Positions 21,412-32,144 are shown, counted from the stretch's first letter. The stretch: 64,000 bases of DNA from Candidatus Zhuqueibacterota bacterium (GCA_049322915.1 JBMOPW010000026.1:32001-96000), one strand, 5' to 3'. Translations and numbers: made by a program. The notes: a model not told the origin generated them from the letters alone.

Positions 21412-22104
21412 ATGAATACCAAATATCTTATCATAAAAAAAATATGGCTATTTCTTTCGTTGCTTTTCATAATGACTGATGCGTTATTTTCGCAGGAGGC
21501 GAAAGATGTGGCTATCGTTTTAAAAACCTCCGGCAAGGTCACCGTGAAAGATGCTGCAACGAAAAAATGGAAGGATAGTCAGCGGGGAGAGCGGCTCGAT
21601 TCCGGGGATATTGTCAAAACAAATGAAAATGCGTTTGCGGCTATCATGTTCACCGATGATAAAACCATGCTGAAAGTGAAGGATAATTCCATGGTGGCGA
21701 TTCGTGGAAAGCGCGAAAACAATTCCGTGTCCAAGCGAATTGCATGCAGCCTGGGCAATTTCTGGCTGAAGGTGAAAAAGCAACAGACGGAAATGATTGT
21801 GGAGACGCCGTCCGGAGTGGCTGCGGTGAAGGGGACTGAATTCTACGGCGTCGTGAACGAAGACGGCAGCACCATGATCATTGCAGTGGAGGGTCTGGTG
21901 CAACTCATCAATAAATTTGGAGAGCAATTTGTCAAAGCCGGGCAGACCGGCACCATGTCCAAAAACGAATCTCCGACGGTCGCGCAGACCGACCCCAGCA
22001 TGACGCCAACCTGGGGCGGCGAGGACGAGGATGATAACGAATTGATGCTGGAGTTCGAAGACGCGAATGGCAATAAAAAACATTTGAAAATTAAATACCA
22101 TTAA
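21412..22104 (+). CDS. Periplasmic FecR-domain protein
   Basis: Signal peptide; LDSGDIVKT, F-x-D and ETPSGVAAVKGTEF...VEGLV FecR signature. Confidence 0.88.
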   Translation: MNTKYLIIKKIWLFLSLLFIMTDALFSQEAKDVAIVLKTSGKVTVKDAATKKWKDSQRGERLDSGDIVKTNENAFAAIMFTDDKTMLKVKDNSMVAIRGKRENNSVSKRIACSLGNFWLKVKKQQTEMIVETPSGVAAVKGTEFYGVVNEDGSTMIIAVEGLVQLINKFGEQFVKAGQTGTMSKNESPTVAQTDPSMTPTWGGEDEDDNELMLEFEDANGNKKHLKIKYH

Positions 22105-22128
22105 TATCCATATTTCAGGGATTCTCCT

Positions 22129-24663
22129 ATGACAAAGCGAAGTTTGTTCATCTTAATGTTTTTTTTGCCAGGACTACTGGGGGTACCTGGAATTAACCTG
22201 TTACGCTCCGATGCGATGGCTCAACTCCATTCGGGTCTGATTCATTTTCCTGTGAAGAACGCGACGCAGGGTCAGGCGATTTCTGTGGAGGCGAAAGTGG
22301 AAGATCCAAACGTGCAAATGGACTATATGCGCGTGTATTTTCGCCAGAGAGGTGAGTCGGATTTTCAATATATCGAGATGCAAGAGCAGTTGGAAAATTA
22401 TGTGATACAGATACCTGGCAGCGCTGTGAATCCGCCGGGCATCGATTATTTCATCATGGCCGTGAAAACAGATCGCTCCGTGTTGACCAGCCCGGATTCA
22501 AATCCCTATTACTCGCCGTATGAAGTGGTCGTCACTCCGGGACCGGCCGCGCCGACGGAATCAATAGCGCCGGCAAAACAGCAGTCGCTGCGGTCCGCCA
22601 GTGGCGCGGGAATTGAGACGGTCATTCTCAGTCCTGAGCCGGACGAGCGGGTGGATGCCACGGACATCATCATCGCGCTGTCGTTTCTTGGAAAAGTGGA
22701 GGATTTGAACACCAAATCAATAAAGCTATTTCTGGATAATGTCAATGTAACCTCCCGGGCGGAGATCAGCAATTACATGATTTCCTACGTTCCAAAGGCA
22801 TTGAGTCCCGGTATACATCAGGTCAAAGTGACACTGACGGATAAGTCCGGCAAGCGATTCGACGACGTGGTCTGGCAGTTCACAATTGTTTCCTCTGTGG
22901 AGCAAAAGGCAGCCGAGAAGTCCCAGCCGATGAGGGCCGACGCGTACGCCGAAGTGAAGCAGGAAAACATCAGTGACAGCACCCTGTCCACATCGAATTT
23001 CGGTGGGAATGTTCGCGGACAATACGGCGCGATCAAATATCACGGGATGGCGTTTATCACGTCGCACGAAAAATCTGATGCCCAGCCGCGGAATCGATTC
23101 CTGCTGGAAGTGGGAACGTCCTGGCTCGGCGCTAAATTCGGTGATACATCGCCGCGGTTCAGTGAACTGGTGCTGTGGGGAAGGCGCGTGCGGGGGTTTG
23201 AAGCCTATTTAAAATTAGGATTTTTCAATATTGAATTTGTCCAGGGCGAGATCAATCGAAAAATTGAAGGCCAACCGTATGATATTCAGGTCGTGGGTGG
23301 TGATACCATTTGGATCGATCCTGAAACCGGCACGCCGGTCTCTTCCACCACCGGAATTTACCGCTACGGAACTTACAAACGCAATTTAATGGCGGTCAGA
23401 CCCAGCTTCGGCGGTGGGAAAAACTTCCAATTGGGTTTCAACCTGATGAAAGTGAAGGACGATCCTGAATCCATCCGGTACAGCTCGCAACCCAAAGATA
23501 ACCTGGTGCTGGGCCCGGATATTTTGTTCGCGCTGGACAATCACCGGATTGAATTGAAAGCCAGCGCTGCGTTCAGTTTCCTGGCCAACGATATTTCCGG
23601 CGGCGCCATCACCAAGTCGGAACTGGATTCAGTCCTCGGCGACGTCCCATTCGACCCCTCTGATTATGAAGAATATTTTGTGCTGAACACATCGCTCATT
23701 CCGCTCGATCCGTCCGAGCTCACCTCGCTGGCGTATCAGGGAAGTTTTCGGTTCAACTATTTCAATAATAATCTTCAGGTCATTTATAAATCCATCGGCT
23801 CGGATTACTATTCTCTGGCCAATTCGTTCCTGCGAAAGGATATTCAGGGATTCTCGATTTACGACCGGGTTCAGCTTTATAAAAATCAGGTGTACCTGAA
23901 TTTGGGATTGGACCGCTACAAAGAAGGCCTCTCCTATGAAAATGATGGCGCAGATGATACGGCGCCAACCGATTACAGCGCGTTGAATATCGGCGTTTCA
24001 TATTATCCGCATCAGAACTGGCCGAAAGTCAGCTTCAACTGGAAGAATTACGGTCGCGATGATGGACTAGATACACTGATTGCATCGAATCCGGTCAATT
24101 ACCAGAACCGCGATGTGTCGGTTCAACTCAGTTATGATTTTCATTTGCTCAATTTGAATCACACGCTGAGCATGAGCTACATCGCTTCTAACCGCGAAGA
24201 TGGATTCGATCGGACCGCGTCTAATCTGGCCAATGATATTCAAATGTATTCGTTACGGACAACCTATCAGATACCTTTGAATACGGTCATCACTTTCGCA
24301 ACGAATACAAACACAGCCGGGGAAGGCCTGTATGGTTTTGAATACACCATGTTCGGATTTTCAGGCGATTATAAATTGCTGAATAATCAACTCGAGCTAA
24401 GAGGGAGTTTCAATCTGACCAATGCCACCGGCACCAATACTTACGAAACGACTGCCCCTGACTCGACGGGCACCTTGGTGACGCAGACGGTCACAACCAC
24501 GTACACGGACTACACGCGAACCGCGATAAACATGGGCGCCAATTATCGGTTCACCCGGCGCCACAATTTTCTGCTGGACTTCAGTTTTATCGACTTCCAC
24601 GATGAGGTCACGAAAACGTACAAGGACAGCATTTTACGTCTACGGTACGAGTTCATGTATTAG
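22129..24663 (+). CDS. Putative outer-membrane beta-barrel protein with N-terminal Ig-like domains
   Basis: Signal peptide; N-terminal Ig-like part; C-terminal alternating amphipathic strands ending LRYEFMY (BamA beta-signal-like). Confidence 0.7.
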   Translation: MTKRSLFILMFFLPGLLGVPGINLLRSDAMAQLHSGLIHFPVKNATQGQAISVEAKVEDPNVQMDYMRVYFRQRGESDFQYIEMQEQLENYVIQIPGSAVNPPGIDYFIMAVKTDRSVLTSPDSNPYYSPYEVVVTPGPAAPTESIAPAKQQSLRSASGAGIETVILSPEPDERVDATDIIIALSFLGKVEDLNTKSIKLFLDNVNVTSRAEISNYMISYVPKALSPGIHQVKVTLTDKSGKRFDDVVWQFTIVSSVEQKAAEKSQPMRADAYAEVKQENISDSTLSTSNFGGNVRGQYGAIKYHGMAFITSHEKSDAQPRNRFLLEVGTSWLGAKFGDTSPRFSELVLWGRRVRGFEAYLKLGFFNIEFVQGEINRKIEGQPYDIQVVGGDTIWIDPETGTPVSSTTGIYRYGTYKRNLMAVRPSFGGGKNFQLGFNLMKVKDDPESIRYSSQPKDNLVLGPDILFALDNHRIELKASAAFSFLANDISGGAITKSELDSVLGDVPFDPSDYEEYFVLNTSLIPLDPSELTSLAYQGSFRFNYFNNNLQVIYKSIGSDYYSLANSFLRKDIQGFSIYDRVQLYKNQVYLNLGLDRYKEGLSYENDGADDTAPTDYSALNIGVSYYPHQNWPKVSFNWKNYGRDDGLDTLIASNPVNYQNRDVSVQLSYDFHLLNLNHTLSMSYIASNREDGFDRTASNLANDIQMYSLRTTYQIPLNTVITFATNTNTAGEGLYGFEYTMFGFSGDYKLLNNQLELRGSFNLTNATGTNTYETTAPDSTGTLVTQTVTTTYTDYTRTAINMGANYRFTRRHNFLLDFSFIDFHDEVTKTYKDSILRLRYEFMY

Positions 24664-24804
24664 TCCGGACGTGTGGCCGGGGCGACGTTTGGATGATTTC
24701 AGTAGGTGTTGGAGCTACAGACCTGTCGAAACCAGGATGGGGAAACGGGCAGGCAAAAGGCAGAGGTGGTTGGACTCTGCTTTTTGACTTTGGGGATGAA
24801 TTGC

Positions 24805-26916
24805 ATGAGAAAAATATTTAGAAATTCAGGGTATCTTGGGGGATTACTGGTCGTTGCCGTTATTGTAATTTTGTTTGTGTTGAATGTTTTTGGCGTGTTC
24901 GATAATCTGGAACTGAAGACGTATGACCTGAGGTTCCGGTTGCGCGGCGTTAAAAACGTGGACAATGCCGGCATTGTCCTGGTCACTATCGATGACCAGT
25001 CCTTCGTCAGCCTGAAAAGCCGCTGGCCTTTTCCGCGCGCCTATTTTGCCCGCGTCATTGAGAATCTCGCCGAAGCCGGCGCTGCGTTGATCGTTATGGA
25101 TATTGAATTTGCAGAACCATCCTCTGTGAGCGACAGCGATGACGAGGCGTTTGCCAATTCCATCCGGAAATTCCCACACGTCATCATTGCCGGAAAAGTA
25201 GTCGCTGAGTACGGCGCCAACATGACTTTGAACCGCTATCCCATCAGACCGTTGCCGAAATTCATCAACGCCGGCGCGGAGTGGGCGTTCGCCAATGTGT
25301 ATCTGGACGAGGATGGTTTCATTCGGCGCTACAATCTGTATCAGGATTTATTCGGAGCCACCTGTTACCCCCTGGCCATTGAGGCGCTCCGTTATATCCA
25401 GGGGATTCCGCCAGAGAAGATCATCCAGAATCGCAACGGCAGATTCATTGTGGGAAAGGTGTCCATTCCCAGATTCGGCGCCGACGATATGCTCATCAAT
25501 TTTTTCGGGCCGACCCAGCATTTTCCCACCTATTCTTTTGCCAATATCATGGACGATCAGCGATTCAATTTACCGGACACAACGGAAGATACCAATATTT
25601 TTGAGATCTACAAACAGTCGGGTCTGTTCAGGAATAAAATCGTCTGGATCGGGGCTTCTGCCGAGGAATTGCAGGATAATAAATTCACCCCCTTCTTCCA
25701 ATTCGATGGCGTGAAGCAGACAATGCCCGGCGTGGAGATGCATGCCAATGCGCTTTACACGATGATGACCGCATCCTATCTCCATCGGGCCAATCCGTTG
25801 CTGGTAGCGCTCATCATCCTGGCCCTGGGCGGGTTGTCGATTTTATTATCCAATTATGTGAAACCGATTCTGGGATTCATTCTGGGAGTTGGCATCGCTT
25901 CGATTTATGCGCTGCTCAGTCTGGCGTCGTTCGTGCAGCTTCAGGTTTGGTTGCCATTGGTTTTTCCCCTCACCTGTTTCAGCCTTTGCTACGTGGTGAA
26001 TATAGTCAACAAGATTTTGATCGAGCAACGGGAAAAGGGTCGTTATCGAAAAACATTTCAGCAATACGTGGCACGAAGCGTGGTCGATTCCATGCTCAAC
26101 TCCGGCGAGTTGCCCAAGTTCGGCGGTGAGCGGAAAATATTGACGGTGCTGTTCTCTGATATTCGCGCGTTCACTTCGTACAGCGAGAAATATCCCCCTG
26201 AAACAGTGGTGCAGCGTTTGACGGAGTATTTGACTGCCATGGTGGATGTCATTTTCCGGCATCGCGGCACGCTGGATAAGTTCGTCGGCGACGAGATTAT
26301 GGCGCTGTTCGGGGCGCCCTATTATTTCGCCAATCATGCGGAACATGCGTGTCTCACCGCGCTGGATATGGTGGCGTCGCTGCGAAAAATTCAGAAGTCC
26401 TGGTCAGAAAAAGAGATGGAATATTTTCAGATCGGCATTGGCATCAATACCGGCAAAGTGATCGTGGGCAATCTCGGCTCGATCCAATTATTTGATTATA
26501 CCGTGATTGGCGACGAGGTGAATCTGGGCGCGCGGCTGGAAGGGGCGAACAAGCATTATTCGACGACGATCATCATCAGCGAGGCCACCTATGACCAGGT
26601 GCGGGACAAGGCGATTGTCCGCGAACTGGATTTTGTGCGGGTCAAAGGCAAAAAGCGGCCGGTTAAAATTTATGAACTGCGCGGCATGTATTCGCTGCCT
26701 TCCATTGAAAAAGATTTGATCATCGACGTCTATTCCTACGGTCTGGATTTATTCAAAGAAAAAAAATGGACCCAGGCGCTGAAGGAATTCCGGCGCGTGC
26801 TTCGCTACTTCCCTTCGGATGGCCCGTCGCGGGTGTACACGCTGCGATGCCTTGAATTCATCGAGCATCCGCCGCCGGAGAATTGGGATGGAGTGTTTGA
26901 ATTCGCAGTGAAGTAG
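24805..26916 (+). CDS. CHASE2-sensor class III adenylate cyclase
   Basis: CHASE2 motifs WPFPRA, DEDGFIRR and PGVEMHA; three TM helices; FSDIRAFT, KFVGD, GIGINTG and DYTVIGDEVNLGARLE. Start uncertain (24706/24796/24805). Confidence 0.93.
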   Translation: MRKIFRNSGYLGGLLVVAVIVILFVLNVFGVFDNLELKTYDLRFRLRGVKNVDNAGIVLVTIDDQSFVSLKSRWPFPRAYFARVIENLAEAGAALIVMDIEFAEPSSVSDSDDEAFANSIRKFPHVIIAGKVVAEYGANMTLNRYPIRPLPKFINAGAEWAFANVYLDEDGFIRRYNLYQDLFGATCYPLAIEALRYIQGIPPEKIIQNRNGRFIVGKVSIPRFGADDMLINFFGPTQHFPTYSFANIMDDQRFNLPDTTEDTNIFEIYKQSGLFRNKIVWIGASAEELQDNKFTPFFQFDGVKQTMPGVEMHANALYTMMTASYLHRANPLLVALIILALGGLSILLSNYVKPILGFILGVGIASIYALLSLASFVQLQVWLPLVFPLTCFSLCYVVNIVNKILIEQREKGRYRKTFQQYVARSVVDSMLNSGELPKFGGERKILTVLFSDIRAFTSYSEKYPPETVVQRLTEYLTAMVDVIFRHRGTLDKFVGDEIMALFGAPYYFANHAEHACLTALDMVASLRKIQKSWSEKEMEYFQIGIGINTGKVIVGNLGSIQLFDYTVIGDEVNLGARLEGANKHYSTTIIISEATYDQVRDKAIVRELDFVRVKGKKRPVKIYELRGMYSLPSIEKDLIIDVYSYGLDLFKEKKWTQALKEFRRVLRYFPSDGPSRVYTLRCLEFIEHPPPENWDGVFEFAVK

Positions 26917-27122
26917 TTTTTGAACGCATAGTCCGTTGCAGAAGCGGCTACCCTCTTCGGCGAAAAACCGGGCCTGGTTTCGACGGGACATAGCGCCGGG
27001 CCTGGAAATCAGCTTTACGACCCGATACAACGACGCGATGTATAGATTTTTACAGGGGTCGGATTCAAAAAAACCTTCAATTATTTTTGAAAAACGATTC
27101 AACCAAAGAGATGAGGTGAGTC

Positions 27123-30100
27123 ATGAAGTTAACGACAGGTTCAATTGCGATGGCGCTGCTTGTTTTTCTGGCGGTGGTTCCGGGATTTGGGCAGCAATGG
27201 TCAACGCCGGTCACTGTCAGCAGCGGCGACACGCCGGACATGGATATCGACCGAAACACGGGCTACGTGTACATCCTTTCCATGGTGAACGGAGTCACCG
27301 TGACCAAAGTATCTCCTGAAGGCGCTATCATCGCCCAGGAAATAGTCCCCGGCGCGGAGAGCGATGCGGGTGGTGGCAACTTTGGCGCCTCCATTGCAGT
27401 CGATTCGAAAGGCTATCCTCATGTCTGTTATCGTCGCTCAGCAGGAACCGATCCGGACGGCACACCAAAGTACAACGCCTATTATGTGAAAAAGACAGCA
27501 GCCGGCTGGCAGAGTCGACTCACCCTTTCCAACGGAGTGCGTCGCGGCTATGTGGTGCGGATCGATATCGATGACAGCGATGTCGCTCATATCGTGCAGG
27601 GATTCGCATTTGACGAAGAGGGTTCGGAGTTTGGCCGACTGATTTATTATCGGGTTGTCAATAATGCCGTCAACAAGCAGGTGGAGTTAGGCGCTGCGTA
27701 CCCGTACATTTATCGCGGCAATGACCGGGCTGAAATCACCACGTCCGGGAAGTCCAATGTCTACATCCTCAGCGGTGTGCCCAACGAGGATGGTCCGGTC
27801 TATTTCATATTCTCCCCTGATGGCGGTAATAGCTTCACCAACTTCGGCGACATCCATCACAACGATGCATTTGGCCGAAACGGCAGTCCCGATGTAGCGG
27901 TGGATTCTCTGGGCAATGTGCATATCTGCTACGGCACCAGTCAAGATGCAACGCGATTGGATTCGGCGTCGGTGCGTTACACAAAATTCACCGGTGAAAA
28001 CCAGACCCTGGATAATGCCTGCACACCGAACGACTATCTCACCGATTGGAAAATTGGCATGGGACTTGGCTCGATTGCGTGCAGCGATAATGGCCAGGTT
28101 CTGATCACGGCATTTGTCGAATATCCCGGCGGCCCGCTTTACACGACCCTCTCGACGGACGCCGGCCAGTCATGGGCAACTCCGGTTCAGCTTGTTACAA
28201 ACTGCGGGAGCGATGTGGGGCGAAATAAGCATATCATCCGCTCACGCGGAAATAAATTTTATCTCGTCTACCCCTACAACTATACCGTGCAGTTGAGGGC
28301 GTTCACGTTCGAGACAAACGATCCCCCGGTGGCCGACGCCGGCGGGCCTTACACTCAGGCTGAAGGTTCGACCATTCTGTTCGATGCAGCGGGTTCCAGC
28401 GATCCGGATGGCATTGTTGTTCAATACGAATGGGACTGGCAGAATGACGCCATCTTCGATACGACAACGACCTCTGCTGTGTGCAATCACCGCTACACCG
28501 ATGATTTTTACGGTCAGATTAACCTGCGTGTGACCGACAACGAGGGCGGGACGCACTCGGATCTTGCCAGCGTAACGGTCTATAATGTCAATCCAGTGGC
28601 CGAAGCCGGCGGGCCCTATCAGGGTCAGCCCAATGTGGAAATCGATTGCCATGCCTCGGCTACAGACGCTGGCGCTGACGACGTGCCCTCGCTGATCTAT
28701 CAATGGGATGTAAACGGCGATGGCATTTACGCGACGTATGGCCAGAATATAAAAGTGAAATTTGCCAACGGCGGCATCTACACCATTCGCCTGCGCGTTG
28801 TGGATAATGACGGCGGCATTGGTCTCGATTCCGCAACAGTGAACATCACCAATCAGCCGCCGGTGGTCGCGGCTATTCCGCCACAGAGCGTCAACGAAGG
28901 GACTCCGTTCAACACCATTAGTCTGGATAGCTATGTCACTGACCCTGATAATCGGGATGATCAGATGGTCTGGTCGGCGCGGGGTCAGGTCAATTTAACG
29001 GTCGTCATCAACGCCAGCCGCGTGGCAACGATCAGTCCTGTGAAGGCAAATTGGTTCGGCGCAGAAATGATCACCTTCACAGCGACAGATCCGGGGTTTC
29101 TCAAAGATAGTACGTCGACCACATTCACCATCGCCAATGTCAATGACCGCCCCGCGATCGCTGTCATTCCCGATCAGACGATCCCCGAAGGGGGGAGTTT
29201 TGCAGCCATCAATCTGGATGAGTACGTATCCGATCCGGACCACGCGGACAACCAGATTTCATGGCAGGTATTCGGAAATTCGCAACTGCTGTATCAGATA
29301 CAAAATCGCGTGCTCACGGTTATTCCACCCAATACCGAGTGGTCGGGGAGCGAGCAATTGTCCATTGTTGCCAGTGATCCGCTGAATGCCCGGGACACGA
29401 CCCAAACGCGATTCACGGTGTCAGGGGAAAACGACCCGCCGAATGTGACGAAAATTCCGGATCAGAATAAAGCCGTTGGCACGGATTTCAGTTCGATCGC
29501 GCTGGATGATTATGTGAGCGATCCTGATAATCCAGATAGCGATATTCTCTGGACGTACAGCGGCAACACCAAAGTGACTGTGGAAATTACCAACCGGGTG
29601 GCTTCGATCGAAAGAGTCAATCCCACGTGGGTTGGCTCGGATACGGTAATTTTCAATGCGGCCGATCCCGGCGGATTGTCGGGCAGCAGCAGCGTCATTT
29701 TCACCAGCAGTATCGGCAATCAGCCGCCGGACGTGACGCACATCCCGGATCAATCGATACTGGAAGGTCAGAGTTTTCAGACCGTCAACCTGGATGGCTA
29801 CGTAACAGACCCTGATAATCCGGACAATGAAATCACATGGACAGCGAGCGGCCAGAACGACCTCATCATCACCATTCATAACAGAGTCGTGACGATTTCC
29901 CAACCGCTCGATAATCCGGATTGGAGCGGCATGGAGGTTGTCAATTTCAAAGCGACCGACCCGGGCGGCCTGGCCGACAGTTCTCTCACGCTGTTCATCG
30001 TGATGTCGGTGAATGATCCGCCGGTGTTATCAACGATTCCCAATACCCAATTCCTGGAAGACGATACACTGGAATGGCCATTCTCAAATCTGTGGTCGCT

Positions 30101-30932
30101 GGTGAGGGATCCGGATAATGATTCTTCGGATTTCCAATTTCAAATCAGCGGGAACAGCAAGTTGACCTGGTTTTCCGATGGGGGCAATAAAATACTGAAA
30201 CTCTTTGGCGCGCCGAACTGGCATGGCAGTGAGACGGTGACGCTCACGGTGTACGACGGTAACGGCGGCAGCGACTCCGAACCCTGGAACCTGACCGTCG
30301 TGAGTGTGCCGGACAATCCATCCCCGTTCATGGTGAAATATCCCCGCGGAGAGACATTTTCAGCAAGCGGAGATACCATCCATTTCAGTTGGCGCCGGGC
30401 GGCTGATCCGGAAGGCGGAACGTCGATGTACCAGTTGAGCATTGCCGATGAAATTGGTTTCAATCACGTCATCGACCAATTCAATACAATTCTGGATTCC
30501 AGCCTGAGCTATGTAACGCAATCAACGCTGGCAGAGGCAACTTATTACTGGAGAGTGGTGGCCTTCAACAGCGTGGGTTCCACCGCTTCGGATATCGGCA
30601 CGTTTGTGATTTCATCGACCGCGGTCAATGGCGGCGATGAATCAGCGATGCCAACGAGGTTCGCTCTGTTGCAGAATTATCCCAATCCATTTAATCCGGA
30701 AACCTGCATTAGCTACACCCTGCCGAAGCTGGCAGCGGTCAAGTTGGAAATCTTTAACGCGCTGGGTCAGCGGGTGCTGTTGGCCAGTCCGGGCGAACAG
30801 GGTCCCGGCGTTTATCGTTACATGTGGGATGCGCGCTCGCAGAACGGAGAGTTATTGCCCAGCGGCATTTACATCTGCCGCTTGCAGGCCGAAGGTCAAT
30901 CGTATTTTATCAAAATGGTTTTGCTGCAATGA
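27123..30932 (+). CDS. Large secreted surface protein: N-terminal propeller/BNR-like region, PKD domains, tandem cadherin-like (~95 aa) repeats and FlgD/T9SS-like C-terminal domain
   Basis: Signal peptide; SPDGGNSF and STDAGQSW BNR motifs; PVADAGGPY PKD motifs; repeated NxPP..IPDQ...LDxYVxDPD units; NYPNPFNP tail. Confidence 0.85.
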   Translation: MKLTTGSIAMALLVFLAVVPGFGQQWSTPVTVSSGDTPDMDIDRNTGYVYILSMVNGVTVTKVSPEGAIIAQEIVPGAESDAGGGNFGASIAVDSKGYPHVCYRRSAGTDPDGTPKYNAYYVKKTAAGWQSRLTLSNGVRRGYVVRIDIDDSDVAHIVQGFAFDEEGSEFGRLIYYRVVNNAVNKQVELGAAYPYIYRGNDRAEITTSGKSNVYILSGVPNEDGPVYFIFSPDGGNSFTNFGDIHHNDAFGRNGSPDVAVDSLGNVHICYGTSQDATRLDSASVRYTKFTGENQTLDNACTPNDYLTDWKIGMGLGSIACSDNGQVLITAFVEYPGGPLYTTLSTDAGQSWATPVQLVTNCGSDVGRNKHIIRSRGNKFYLVYPYNYTVQLRAFTFETNDPPVADAGGPYTQAEGSTILFDAAGSSDPDGIVVQYEWDWQNDAIFDTTTTSAVCNHRYTDDFYGQINLRVTDNEGGTHSDLASVTVYNVNPVAEAGGPYQGQPNVEIDCHASATDAGADDVPSLIYQWDVNGDGIYATYGQNIKVKFANGGIYTIRLRVVDNDGGIGLDSATVNITNQPPVVAAIPPQSVNEGTPFNTISLDSYVTDPDNRDDQMVWSARGQVNLTVVINASRVATISPVKANWFGAEMITFTATDPGFLKDSTSTTFTIANVNDRPAIAVIPDQTIPEGGSFAAINLDEYVSDPDHADNQISWQVFGNSQLLYQIQNRVLTVIPPNTEWSGSEQLSIVASDPLNARDTTQTRFTVSGENDPPNVTKIPDQNKAVGTDFSSIALDDYVSDPDNPDSDILWTYSGNTKVTVEITNRVASIERVNPTWVGSDTVIFNAADPGGLSGSSSVIFTSSIGNQPPDVTHIPDQSILEGQSFQTVNLDGYVTDPDNPDNEITWTASGQNDLIITIHNRVVTISQPLDNPDWSGMEVVNFKATDPGGLADSSLTLFIVMSVNDPPVLSTIPNTQFLEDDTLEWPFSNLWSLVRDPDNDSSDFQFQISGNSKLTWFSDGGNKILKLFGAPNWHGSETVTLTVYDGNGGSDSEPWNLTVVSVPDNPSPFMVKYPRGETFSASGDTIHFSWRRAADPEGGTSMYQLSIADEIGFNHVIDQFNTILDSSLSYVTQSTLAEATYYWRVVAFNSVGSTASDIGTFVISSTAVNGGDESAMPTRFALLQNYPNPFNPETCISYTLPKLAAVKLEIFNALGQRVLLASPGEQGPGVYRYMWDARSQNGELLPSGIYICRLQAEGQSYFIKMVLLQ

Positions 30933-31086
30933 CAGGGAGGGGATCGCTAAAAACATTTGGCAATTCCTCTGACAGTTTCGGTTCATGGGCCTTTTTTAAG
31001 TGCCAGTCATTCTGAAATGAATTTTATTAATTATGTTTTGGATTTTACTGAATTTCAACACAGAAATTCAGATAATCCTTTGCGGG

Positions 31087-31126
31087 AAAAAAAGAATCCC
31101 CGGAAATCATCCGGGGATTCTTTTTT
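31087..31126. terminator. Bidirectional rho-independent terminator
   Basis: aaaaaaagaatccccgga-aatca-tccggggattctttttt, between convergent genes. Confidence 0.85.
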
Positions 31127-31338
31127 GAATTCGACTTTTCGGCAGGTCATGTCGCGCTGAACACCTTCCTTATCCGAGCGGACCCGAGCGTTGATATCAG
31201 TCTACTATTCCTCCCTGCGACTTTGAACGATACTTTTGCCCTGAGGCAGCTCGTCCCGTAATGCGTGAAACATCGCTGCGCCTTGCGCTCTGACTTATTG
31301 AGTTACTCTCAAATCAAAGTGTTTCATGAGTGAGGCGC

Positions 31339-31512
31339 TCAGAAACCTTTCAAAAATGTGCCTAACCATAAAATGATGAAAGCGACGAGCAGAATGATGA
31401 ATGCATAGGGTGAGAGAAATGTGATAGTGATGACCCAGTTAACGTTAATGGCGAGAAGAGCCAGGATAGCAGATATGAACCACGTAATTTTTTTGGGAGA
31501 ACTTAATCGCAT
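31339..31512 (-). CDS. Small two-TM membrane protein (57 aa), absent from the ORF track
   Basis: MRLSSPKKITWFISAILALLAINVNWVITITFLSPYAFIILLVAFIILWLGTFLKGF, preceded by an AGGAGG RBS and a TTGACA-16-TATGTT promoter at 31647-31674. Confidence 0.8.
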   Translation of the reverse strand: MRLSSPKKITWFISAILALLAINVNWVITITFLSPYAFIILLVAFIILWLGTFLKGF

Positions 31513-31753
31513 AACATACCTCCTGAAAGAAAAAATGAATGTTGAATGAACTGATAATAACCTGAAGGCGCGGGATCAAACGGGTGTATTGGTTCCTGGT
31601 GAATGCGCTGGACCATGAAATGTCTAAAACCGATCAGTCGACTTTAAACATAACAAAAGATTTTAAAATGTCAAGTATTTTTTTTCAGGGAGCGCGATTG
31701 CGTCAGCCGATTTTCCGGTCGGAATCCTGCCAGCGCATGATGCAAATATTTTA

Positions 31754-32140
31754 GTCACTTTTCAGCCTCAGAGTCTCAACGGCGCAAAGAAAAAGAAATT
31801 GTCAAAATGAACGATTCTGAAAAGCTGAATTTGGTTTTAAAAATGAAATTGAATTTCACAGAATAAGAATGAGCCGGCGCTAAAAAGAGGCTGAAGCCCA
31901 ATAATCAACGTTGAATTTTTGTTCCCCGACTTAAAAGTCAGGGCTATTCAAGGTGTCTGACTTTTAACTTTTTCAATGAATTGCCGTGTCATTTATGACG
32001 TGGAAACGATATCATCCCCAACGTATCAAAGCCTTTTAAGGCTTTTTAGAGTCGACCCGGGATTGAAAATGAAATTGACATCTTCTTGTAACTTCGTGAC
32101 CTAGGGACTTTGAGGCAAGAATACAAGCCTGAATAGCTAC
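31754..32140. mobile_element. GTAAC-end family element A with nested palindromic inner element
   Basis: Ends gtcacttttcagcc / gcctgaatagctac; colinear and highly similar to 50363-50811. Confidence 0.8.
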
Positions 32141-32144
32141 ATAT

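Noticed and set aside
28850..30310. Repeated DNA motifs within the 27123 gene as a possible DGR or nucleotide repeat array
   Set aside because: Explained by diverged ~95-aa cadherin-like protein repeats; no reverse transcriptase or adenine-specific TR/VR pair was seen.
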